From Candidatus Sericytochromatia bacterium (GTDB lineage: Bacteria; Cyanobacteriota; Sericytochromatia; UBA7694): a stretch of DNA of 64,000 nt. The stretch spans positions 65,388-129,387 of the forward strand of contig JADMKE010000029.1 of assembly GCA_018780035.1 (NCBI GenBank). The letters run 5' to 3'. Numbering within the stretch: the stretch's first letter is position 1; every line of letters starts with the position of its first letter. The notes beneath the pieces are model-generated. The model had not been told where the DNA came from and ran no database searches. It saw only the letters and a program-made list of their open reading frames with translations. The position numbers and the translations under genes are program-made. Below are positions 18,351 through 26,505 of the stretch, piece by piece.

Positions 18351-19688
18351 ATGATTAAAAAATACAATATTTTGTTGTTGTTTTGTATTTTTGAGATTTT
18401 TTCTCAATCTTCTTGTATTTCTTTGGGTGTTATTAATTATGAATTGGAATCTATTTCACTAGATCGGGGGTTGGAACATCTTAAAAAGAAAGAATATAAC
18501 CAAGCCATACAAGCTTTTCAAGTCAAACTACAAATTAACCCCAAAGATATTGATACTTATATTTGGTTGGCCACCGCTTATGATGATCAAGGCGATAAAG
18601 ATGCTGCTCTCCAAACACTGAAAAAAGTATTGGAATTAGAACCAAACCATATCAGTGCCAATATGCGTTTGGGATACGTGTATTATAAAAAAGCAGATTA
18701 CAAAAATGCCTTAGTAGCGTTCAAAAAAACTGCAGAATTAGATCCGAAAAATACTGAAAATCTAAAATTTTTAGGCAGTACTAGTTTTTATTTGGACGAT
18801 AATGTATCTGCGAAAGAATATTTTTTAAAATATGAATCACTTGAAGAAAATCCTTCTGCAAATACTTTAGGAACTATATGTGCCAATTACTTTAATTTAA
18901 AAGAGTTTGAACAAGCTAAAATATACGCAGAAAAATCAATAAAAACTGACCCATCTGTTTCTTTGGCTTATTTTATTTTAGGTGGCTATTTTTATCAGAA
19001 AAGAGATAATGAAAATGCAGAAAAAAATTTCAAATTAGCTGAAATAAATAGTAAAGGAGAAAGCGTAAATGCTATTTATTACTTGGGGAAATTATATTTT
19101 GAAAAAAAACGCTTTCAATCAGCTTTTGATTATTTCTCAAAACTACCTTCAAGTTATCGAGACACAGAGAAATTAAAACAGGAATCTGAAAAAAAACTAG
19201 AAGAACTAGCTTCAAAAAACTATTTAAAAACATATTTTGAAAATGTTTTTAGTGCTTATGATCTAAATGTTTCTGAGCCACAATCCAGCATGAGCTGTTT
19301 GTCAGATACCTCTGGATTGATTGAAAAACAGGAGTTAAAATCTGTTATTACTAACTATATCAAGTCACAAGGGACTCTTGATTTAAAAAAAATCATATTT
19401 GTTGAAGAGTTAAACGAATACAAGGGGCATAAATATCAACCTTACCATTATATTTTGAGAGCAAAAGTCTTAGAGTCAAAAAATTTTAATGAAACAGAAA
19501 TGGCCTTGCTCGATGCCGTTCAAAAGGCTGTTTTAGTTGGCATTATAAATGGTGTGCCTTGTAAATTTAATAATCACTATGATAAAGCCTCTTCCCAAAA
19601 CAGAAGTTACGATGATTATTTTTTTATTAACTTTATCCCAACAAATCTTCTTTTAAAATATGATTTGTCTATAAAAAAACAAAATTAG
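18351..19688 (+). CDS. AT-rich TPR-repeat protein with N-terminal signal/lipoprotein-like sequence
   Basis: LLLFCIFEIFSQSSC. Multiple TPR units (AIQAFQVKLQINPKD, AALQTLKKVLELEPNH, ALVAFKKTAELDPKN). Very AT-rich. Confidence 0.7.
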   Translation: MIKKYNILLLFCIFEIFSQSSCISLGVINYELESISLDRGLEHLKKKEYNQAIQAFQVKLQINPKDIDTYIWLATAYDDQGDKDAALQTLKKVLELEPNHISANMRLGYVYYKKADYKNALVAFKKTAELDPKNTENLKFLGSTSFYLDDNVSAKEYFLKYESLEENPSANTLGTICANYFNLKEFEQAKIYAEKSIKTDPSVSLAYFILGGYFYQKRDNENAEKNFKLAEINSKGESVNAIYYLGKLYFEKKRFQSAFDYFSKLPSSYRDTEKLKQESEKKLEELASKNYLKTYFENVFSAYDLNVSEPQSSMSCLSDTSGLIEKQELKSVITNYIKSQGTLDLKKIIFVEELNEYKGHKYQPYHYILRAKVLESKNFNETEMALLDAVQKAVLVGIINGVPCKFNNHYDKASSQNRSYDDYFFINFIPTNLLLKYDLSIKKQN

Positions 19689-19786
19689 TATCAAAAATAT
19701 TTTTTAAGCAATTTAAGGTTGTGAACAGCTAAGCAAAGGAACTTGTAAGTACCTCAACCCATCATCGTCCACAAGGATATCAAGCC

Positions 19787-20665
19787 GTGCAAACCATCGA
19801 TACCGCCCTTGTTAAGCGCCTGATTCGCTCCCAATTCCCCCAATGGGCTGAGCTGCCTATCAGACCTGTCTTGCCTGGCGGCTGGGACAACCGCACCTTT
19901 CAATTGGGAGAGACCATGTCCGTGCGCCTGCCCAGTGCAGAAAGGTATGAGCCTCAGGTCGCCAAGGAACAGCGCTGGTTGCCCTGGCTGGCCCCGCAAT
20001 TGCCTCTGCCGATTCCCGTTCCTCTGGCCAAGGGAGAGCCCGATGCTGGGTATCCCTGGCCCTGGTCTGTATACGGCTGGCTGGCAGGGGAGCCCGCAAC
20101 CCACGCAGGGATCACAGATATGAATTTCTTTGCCTCTGACCTCGCAGATTTTCTCAGGGCTTTGCAGCGGCTCGAAACCTGCGAGGCCCCGCCGCCGGGG
20201 GAGCATAACTTTTTTCGCGGGGGTCCGCTCCGCATCTACGATGCAGAAGCCCGGCAAGCCATCAGCCGCTTGGGTGACGCCATAGACGCACAGGCAGCCC
20301 TTGCAATCTGGCAAACAGCCCTCCATTCTACTTGGCGCACAGCGCCTGTCTGGATTCATGGCGATGTCAGTGCAGCCAATCTGCTGCTTGAAAAGGGCCG
20401 TTTATCTGCAGTGATCGACTTTGGCTCATGCGGAGCGGGTGATCCCGCCTGTGACCTGACGATTGCCTGGACGCTCCTGCAGGGCGACAGCCGAGAATTG
20501 TTCTGCAAAAACCTGGCTCTGGATCCCGACACCTGGGCCCGCGCACGGGGCTGGGCCCTCTGGAAAGCCCTGATTACCTTGGCAGATCACCGTCACCCAA
20601 CGACACTACACACCCTCCCGGCCTGGCATGTCTTGAAAGAGGTACTTCAAAATGCAGGGTTTTAA
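19787..20665 (+). CDS. Aminoglycoside/phosphotransferase (APH) family kinase, GTG start
   Basis: Brenner HGD motif in IHGDVSAANLL and IDFGSCGAGDPACDL. Confidence 0.75.
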   Translation: MQTIDTALVKRLIRSQFPQWAELPIRPVLPGGWDNRTFQLGETMSVRLPSAERYEPQVAKEQRWLPWLAPQLPLPIPVPLAKGEPDAGYPWPWSVYGWLAGEPATHAGITDMNFFASDLADFLRALQRLETCEAPPPGEHNFFRGGPLRIYDAEARQAISRLGDAIDAQAALAIWQTALHSTWRTAPVWIHGDVSAANLLLEKGRLSAVIDFGSCGAGDPACDLTIAWTLLQGDSRELFCKNLALDPDTWARARGWALWKALITLADHRHPTTLHTLPAWHVLKEVLQNAGF

Positions 20666-20673
20666 AGCCAAAG

Positions 20674-21324
20674 TCAGCGGCGGCGCACAAAGATCAGATT
20701 GTCGTTGACTTCCGCTTCTTGGCCTTGGGGCCCACGGGCCAGACGGGTGTGAAGCTTGAACTCTTTCACTTCCCAGGCCTCAGATGCCAAGCCCAGATCT
20801 GCCCACTCTGTGTCGAGGGTGGGAAAGGCAAACTCCTTTTTGTGCTGCTCGCCCCAGGGCGGGCCGGAGGCATGGGTCACCACCAGTAAATGACCCCCTC
20901 TGACAATCTGTGCTGAGGCCTGCCGCAAAATCTCGGCCCTGGGAAAGTCAAACGGCGATTGAAAATACAGGGCACACACCAGTTCAAACTCCCCTTTGGG
21001 GATAGCTTGAGTTAGGTCACAGACCTCAAATTCAATCTGAGCCAATAATCCGGCAGCTTGTGCGAGCCGCGTCGCCGTTTGAATGGCATGGCTGGAGATG
21101 TCTACCGCTGTGACCTGCCAGCCCTGTTCTGCCAGCCAGAGACTGTCGTCCCCTGTGCTGCAGCCCAGTTCCAATACCCGTCCAGGTGGCAATTTAGCCA
21201 CAAGATCCTGCAAGAGTTGCCCCGCTTTGCCCCTTGTGCGGGAGTGGCTTTGTGCGTATCGCTCTTGCCAAAATGCTTGGGGATCCTGAGCCTGGCTTTG
21301 GTCGGGGTCGGAGGGGGTTGGCAT
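20674..21324 (-). CDS. Class I SAM-dependent methyltransferase
   Basis: VLELGCSTGDDSLWLAEQGWQVTAVDIS motif I and post-I acidic residue. Confidence 0.7.
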   Translation of the reverse strand: MPTPSDPDQSQAQDPQAFWQERYAQSHSRTRGKAGQLLQDLVAKLPPGRVLELGCSTGDDSLWLAEQGWQVTAVDISSHAIQTATRLAQAAGLLAQIEFEVCDLTQAIPKGEFELVCALYFQSPFDFPRAEILRQASAQIVRGGHLLVVTHASGPPWGEQHKKEFAFPTLDTEWADLGLASEAWEVKEFKLHTRLARGPQGQEAEVNDNLIFVRRR

Positions 21325-21347
21325 CGTCTTTCCTTACTGAATCGTTT

Positions 21348-21372
21348 TCATGTAATGTGTTAAGTTACATGA
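21348..21372. promoter_or_regulatory. 25-bp palindrome TCATGTAA-N9-TTACATGA in a divergent promoter region
   Basis: Perfect 8-bp inverted arms read directly. Lies between the divergently transcribed MTase (20674-21324) and acyltransferase (21555) genes. Confidence 0.45.
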
Positions 21373-21554
21373 TAGCAAAGATACAAAGATCCTGCAACAC
21401 AAACGAAAAAGGTTTGTTTTTGAGGATTTTGCCTACCCTGATCTCAGCTCTTTCAACTTACTGCCCAGAACAATGTTATATTGAAAAGTGTTGAAAAACA
21501 CCCGCTGTCTGCCCCCAAAAGTGAAATCAAAGTCAGGACGCTGACACCCATTTT

Positions 21555-23012
21555 ATGCTGAAAAATAACCGTGAAACCCTGCTCGCTGGCGCCGAATACC
21601 AAGATGCTTATACAGATCTGAAGTGGGTCTGCCGTGCCCCCCATGGCAATTGGGCCATACGCCTGCTTGGATTTGTCTTGCGCAAGGCCTTTCGCAAAGG
21701 CTGTTCGAGCATCACCTTTGACAAATTGAGCTTTGAAAAGGCCACGGCCCAAATCGCGCCAGGTCATTTGGTTGTCTTGGCGCCCACGCACCGCAGCATG
21801 ATGGACTTTTTGGTTTGCTCTTATCTCTGTTTTGCCCATCCCGAACTCAAAATTTCGATCCCGTATATCGCCGCCGATTTACAATTGGGAAAATTGCCGT
21901 TTTTGGGCTGGTTGCTCAAACAGGCGTATGCCTTTTATCTTAAACGGGGCCAAGGCAAAGCGGATCCCGAATTAAATGCCCAACTCAGACACTTGGTGGA
22001 TGCCCAGCAAACCCTGGAAATATTTATCGAAGGCACCCGCAGCCGGGCCCGTCAGTGCCTGCCCCCCAAACGCGGCTTGTTGCGCGCACTTCAGCAAACA
22101 GGTGTGGGCTGTACGCTTTTGCCGATCACCATCAATTACGACCGGGTGCCCGAAGAAGACGCTTTGATGAGAGAACTGCAGGGCGGCCCCAAACCCACAA
22201 TGAGACTGGGCCCGCTGCTTAACTGGAGCCTAAAACTGCTCAATGACCAGATCAAAATTGGCAGGGTCCACTTGGTCTGTGGAGAACCCGTGACGATGGA
22301 ACCCGAGAATGATGTCCATGCCGTCAGCCACGCTGTGATGAAAGAACTGCAAGAAAATTATGTTGTCAGCACTTACCATTTGCGCGCTTTTTTGCATTTT
22401 CAGCCCGAATTGGGTTATACCCTGCAGAGCCTGAGTGAAGCTGTTCAGGCCCGCGGTGGGACTGTACTTGAAAGCCCGCTCGAAGATCTTTCCCTGCTGG
22501 ATTTCAAAACAGAGTATACCCTGCGTTACCAGTGGATGCATCTGTTTTTTCCTGACCTTTTGGCGCTTTCGCCCCATCACCCGATAATCTTGCACCATGT
22601 TAGCAGCAACAGTTTTTCGGAGCGCTTCAGCCGACCTGCGACGCTCTCCCCTCACAATGAGCCATTGCAGGCCCTGTTAAAATGCCTTTTTCAGCCGCTG
22701 CAACAGGCCTATTCACAATTGCTTCACGCAGCGTCTCAACAGAACGGTCTGCGCTTTGCCAATCCCAAGGCCTTTGTGGTCCAACACCCTGACTGTTTTT
22801 TACCGATGGTGGAAGAGGCCTTGGCCCATTTAACCGCCGCCAAATTGCTGATCAAACGAGAGAATCAAACGGGATTTGAATTGGGAGAAGCCTGGAAAAG
22901 TCAGGCAGAAATCTACCAGGTGCCTTTCTTTGAAAAGAACCCAGTGCTCATGAACCCGGCTTTCACGAACCCGGCTTTCACGAACCCTGCGCTCAAGACC
23001 TCGCAACGCTGA
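21555..23012 (+). CDS. GPAT/PlsB-like glycerolipid acyltransferase (LPLAT superfamily)
   Basis: HRSMMDFLV (HX4D motif I), FIEGTRSR (motif III). C-terminal NPAFT tandem repeats. Confidence 0.6.
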   Translation: MLKNNRETLLAGAEYQDAYTDLKWVCRAPHGNWAIRLLGFVLRKAFRKGCSSITFDKLSFEKATAQIAPGHLVVLAPTHRSMMDFLVCSYLCFAHPELKISIPYIAADLQLGKLPFLGWLLKQAYAFYLKRGQGKADPELNAQLRHLVDAQQTLEIFIEGTRSRARQCLPPKRGLLRALQQTGVGCTLLPITINYDRVPEEDALMRELQGGPKPTMRLGPLLNWSLKLLNDQIKIGRVHLVCGEPVTMEPENDVHAVSHAVMKELQENYVVSTYHLRAFLHFQPELGYTLQSLSEAVQARGGTVLESPLEDLSLLDFKTEYTLRYQWMHLFFPDLLALSPHHPIILHHVSSNSFSERFSRPATLSPHNEPLQALLKCLFQPLQQAYSQLLHAASQQNGLRFANPKAFVVQHPDCFLPMVEEALAHLTAAKLLIKRENQTGFELGEAWKSQAEIYQVPFFEKNPVLMNPAFTNPAFTNPALKTSQR

Positions 23013-23034
23013 TCTCCACAGGTCTCTGGCTTCA

Positions 23035-23631
23035 TCAATCCCGAAGCCAATGCAACAAGCGGTTATTGGCAGGCATGGCATGGTTTTGCTGCAAATTCAG
23101 TCCATGGTTCAGCGCCAGGGCCAGCACAGCCTCCAAATCTTTGATCCCACCCCCTGGAAAGGTGCTTTTGGCCCAGGCATCAAGACGGGCATTGCCTTCA
23201 CTTGTGAATTGCCCCGCCTGATTAAAAGGCCCATAGACTGCCAACTGGCCCTGTGCAGGCAACAGTTTTGCCACCCCTGCAAAAAAATCTGCAACCATTT
23301 TTTCGTCCATGATATGCAGGGTATTGGCCGAGAAGATAAAGTCAACACTCAGCACTGCCCAGTCGGGCTGGCTCACGTCGAGCAACACAGGGCCGCGAAG
23401 ATTTGGCAAAGCGGCTTCGGCGAACCTTTCGCGAAGGTCTGGGTGATGTTTCGCCTGATCACTGGCATGCCAAGTGAGCTGCGGCAGCTCCCGCGCAAAA
23501 TGCACGGCATGCTGACCCGTACCGCTGCCAATTTCAAGAACGGCTTGGCTCTTTTGCAGCAGTGGCTGCAGTACGGCAAGTATCGGTTCTTTGTTGCGCT
23601 CACAGGCTTCAGAAAAGGCTTTCATACACAC
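23035..23631 (-). CDS. Class I SAM-dependent methyltransferase (DUF938-like)
   Basis: VLEIGSGTGQHAVHFA motif I. Confidence 0.55.
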   Translation of the reverse strand: MCMKAFSEACERNKEPILAVLQPLLQKSQAVLEIGSGTGQHAVHFARELPQLTWHASDQAKHHPDLRERFAEAALPNLRGPVLLDVSQPDWAVLSVDFIFSANTLHIMDEKMVADFFAGVAKLLPAQGQLAVYGPFNQAGQFTSEGNARLDAWAKSTFPGGGIKDLEAVLALALNHGLNLQQNHAMPANNRLLHWLRD

Positions 23632-23768
23632 GAGTATACCTTAAAACAAAGGATTGACGGCGTTTGCGTCTAAAACATATTTTTGACTTAGCGCTGAATA
23701 TGTGTGCATACTCAAAGTTGCCTTTGACAATTTAAGCGAATCGCCTTCAAGCAGGACTGAGAAAAATC

Positions 23769-24797
23769 TTGAGCATGGTTCGCATGCGTATGAAAATCGA
23801 AGAAAGAACTTTGACGCGTATGGAAAAACAAGCACAGAAAGACGAAGTGGTGGCCGCATTCAGATGGTTTGCCCAGGCGGTCAATGCCGGTCGCAAAGGG
23901 GAATCTGAGATGTCACCACTGGTCGAAGCCACGTCGCGCCTCTCGCTCTCGCAAATGGAGTCTTGGGAAAGGTGCTTGCGCAGGGAACTCCACAACACTC
24001 AGCATCAGCCAACTTCTCTGACCTGGTTAGATCTGTGCAGCGGCGACGGTTATATTCGCGAAGAAACCTTAAATGCTTTATCTGGCGCAGCTCCCAATCG
24101 ATTTTTCTTGGCACTGGCTTTGCGTCGCCTGAATGATTGGGTTCCGCAGGTGCGCGCAGCAGCTCGGAAACAACTCCCACTGATTGCCAACGCATCTGAT
24201 CCCGAACAGGTGGTGGATGTCTTATGTGCAACCTTGCCCCATTGGGATTCTTGGGGGCGAATGGAAGATGCAGACAAACAGGTAATTTTAGAGCTTATTT
24301 CTCCAGAAAAAGTATTAATTGCACTTAAATTTCGACTTATATCATCTAAATCCGGACCAATGACAACTATCTTGGTACAAGCATGTCGAACCCCCGCGCT
24401 GGATCCCTATTTGGCGGAGATTGCCCACCGTGCCATTCAACCTGCTGTACGCGCAAAAGTGTACCGATTGCAACTGTCAAGAAAGAACGTGTGGTTTGAA
24501 GGCAAGAAATGGGAATGGACAAATCTACGCGATTGTAAGGGACGATTTAAACCGATCCATTTCGAACGGGCCCTCTCTGTTGATAGTCCCTTTTTAGAGA
24601 CTTTAAAGCTGGCGGCCACAGATCCTTCTCCCATGGTTCGGCGCGTAGCGGGAGAAATGCTGATCCGAGAGTTAAACACAATCAGCGCAGAGACAGGCGC
24701 AGATGTGCGCAATCTGGCAGAATTGCTTGCTTCAGATACTTCTGTGTCAGTTGCAGAGCAAGGCAAATTTGTCTTAAAACGCTTGTTTCAGTGCTAA
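23769..24797 (+). CDS. Hypothetical alpha-helical (HEAT-like) protein
   Basis: ORF with helical repeat character. No catalytic motif seen. Confidence 0.35.
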   Translation: MSMVRMRMKIEERTLTRMEKQAQKDEVVAAFRWFAQAVNAGRKGESEMSPLVEATSRLSLSQMESWERCLRRELHNTQHQPTSLTWLDLCSGDGYIREETLNALSGAAPNRFFLALALRRLNDWVPQVRAAARKQLPLIANASDPEQVVDVLCATLPHWDSWGRMEDADKQVILELISPEKVLIALKFRLISSKSGPMTTILVQACRTPALDPYLAEIAHRAIQPAVRAKVYRLQLSRKNVWFEGKKWEWTNLRDCKGRFKPIHFERALSVDSPFLETLKLAATDPSPMVRRVAGEMLIRELNTISAETGADVRNLAELLASDTSVSVAEQGKFVLKRLFQC

Positions 24798-24816
24798 GGT
24801 GCTGAAACAAGCGTTT
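24777..24816 (+). terminator. Putative intrinsic terminator hairpin overlapping the stop codon of the 23769 gene
   Basis: 15-bp stem aaacgcttgtttcag / ctgaaacaagcgttt with a 9-nt loop, followed by a weak T-rich tail (ttaattt). Confidence 0.45.
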
Positions 24817-24936
24817 AATTTGGTGGCGCGCTTCGGCTGCAATGGTATCAAAGCCATAGGTTGTTTTCATGCGCACCGCGGATCGTTATCTATTCCTGAG
24901 GCACAAATCGGCAAATGTGACCGAGGGACCATTTGG

Positions 24937-25350
24937 TTATAAATAAGCCGTGATCGCCGGGGGCTGCCACCACAGATCCTGTAATCCATCGAGGTATTGA
25001 ATCGGAATCTGAGCCCGTTCTTCAGGGGTCAGGCCATCCAAACAGGCCAAGTGAACCGAGCAGAAATCGCCCCCCAATTCGGGCAAATGACCATGACCAA
25101 AGGTCTGTGTCCCACAGTGTTTGCAAAAGCGGTGATGGCCCGCTTCGTATTTAGAATAATCCCCCAAATCGCTCTCGCCTTTTAAAAGCCGAAAGTCTAA
25201 AGGGGAGGTGATCAGACCCCAGTAGCGCACTTTTGTACACCATCGGCAATTGCAACGGGTGCTGGTGGTGGTACTGTCATGACTCAAATCGAGTTGGACT
25301 TCAAACTGGATTGCGCCGCAGGCACAGCTGCCAAGGTATTGTTTTTTCAT
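24937..25350 (-). CDS. GFA (glutathione-dependent formaldehyde-activating / CENP-V-like) family protein
   Basis: ATG 25350 with GGAG SD. GSCACGAIQFE...CNCRWC zinc-binding Cys pattern. Confidence 0.7.
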   Translation of the reverse strand: MKKQYLGSCACGAIQFEVQLDLSHDSTTTSTRCNCRWCTKVRYWGLITSPLDFRLLKGESDLGDYSKYEAGHHRFCKHCGTQTFGHGHLPELGGDFCSVHLACLDGLTPEERAQIPIQYLDGLQDLWWQPPAITAYL

Positions 25351-25438
25351 AAAAGTGACTCCAAATAGTGTGTTAATGCAGGTTGTGGCTAAAATAGACA
25401 GCGCTTTAATCAACCCTTATACTGAGCTTACAACCCAA

Positions 25439-25459
25439 TTAGGACAAATACTGTCCTAA
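25439..25459. promoter_or_regulatory. Perfect palindrome TTAGGACA-aatac-TGTCCTAA 18 bp upstream of the WYL regulator start; putative auto-operator
   Basis: Read directly from the sequence. Confidence 0.5.
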
Positions 25460-25476
25460 ATTAAAGCGAGGTCCAA

Positions 25477-26448
25477 ATGTATTCACCGACAACGCGCATC
25501 TTGACGGTACTGGAGCTTTTGCAGTCTTATCCCCGTTTGAGTGGGGCAGAATTGGCAGATAAGTTGGAAGTGGATATTCGCTCAATTCGCCGCTATGTGC
25601 AAAGATTGCAGGAAATGGGGCTTCCGATTGTCGGCGAAGCAGGACCCGCAGGTGGGTACCATATGGGGCGCGGGTATAAAATGCCCCCCTTGATCTTAAC
25701 GGATCAAGAATCTGTGGCGCTGACTCTGGGTTTGATGCTTCTGCGGGACATGGGAAATTTCCTGGATCCCAGTGCGATTATCGGGGCTTTGGCCAAAACA
25801 GAGCGGGTCATGCCTGTGCAGCTGCATGCCCAGGCCCAAGACCTGCAAATGGCGATTCGCTTTCATCTGCGCCTCTACCAACAGCCTGTCGAATTGAGGT
25901 ATATCACCGACCTGAGCCAAGCTATTCGGGCTGAGTGCCGCGTGCATCTGGGGTATGAAGCCCGAGACGGCCAGGTAAGTGAGCGAGCGTTTGAGCCTTA
26001 TGGCATCATCATGAATGAGGGAATTTGGTATACCGTGGGCTGGTGTTGTCTGCGTCAAGCTTTGCGCACCTTTCGTGTCGATCGCTTTCAGAGTCTCTCG
26101 TTAACAGATCAGACCTTTAAAAAGCCCGAAGCCTTTGATGCTCTGGACCATGTTTTGACCAACTTGGCCCAAGGAGCTGGAGAGGATGAGGTCGAAGTTT
26201 TACTTCTAACCACCCTGGAAATAGCACAACAGGCCTGTCCTCCGACTTTTGCCCGCTTGGAAGCAACCTCCGAAGGCGTGCTCTTGCGCCGGGGCGCCTA
26301 CCATCTCGATTGGGTGGCTTATGGCTTGATGCAATTGGATTTTCCCATGCAGGTGCGCAAACCGCTTGCCCTGCGTGAATTATTGTTAAAACAAGGGCAA
26401 AAGGCACTGGCCATGGTAGATACTTCTCAAACCCGAATTTCACCCTGA
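25477..26448 (+). CDS. HTH plus WYL-domain transcriptional regulator (CapW/BrxR/PafBC-like architecture)
   Basis: N-terminal wHTH (RILTVLELLQSYPRLSGAELADKLEVDIRSIRRYV). WYL core YEARDGQVSERAFEPYGIIMNEGIWYTVGWCCLRQALRTFRVDRF. Confidence 0.75.
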   Translation: MYSPTTRILTVLELLQSYPRLSGAELADKLEVDIRSIRRYVQRLQEMGLPIVGEAGPAGGYHMGRGYKMPPLILTDQESVALTLGLMLLRDMGNFLDPSAIIGALAKTERVMPVQLHAQAQDLQMAIRFHLRLYQQPVELRYITDLSQAIRAECRVHLGYEARDGQVSERAFEPYGIIMNEGIWYTVGWCCLRQALRTFRVDRFQSLSLTDQTFKKPEAFDALDHVLTNLAQGAGEDEVEVLLLTTLEIAQQACPPTFARLEATSEGVLLRRGAYHLDWVAYGLMQLDFPMQVRKPLALRELLLKQGQKALAMVDTSQTRISP

Positions 26449-26505
26449 GCGTGGGTGACTACCAACCCCATGGCCAGATATTGGGCAGATGGCGATTAAA
26501 TTTGG

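Noticed and set aside
22940-22995. Direct 15-bp DNA repeat (acgaacccggctttc x2) encoding NPAFTNPAFT at the acyltransferase C-terminus
   Set aside because: Looks like a simple in-frame tandem duplication within a coding tail. Not a CRISPR-like array or regulatory repeat.
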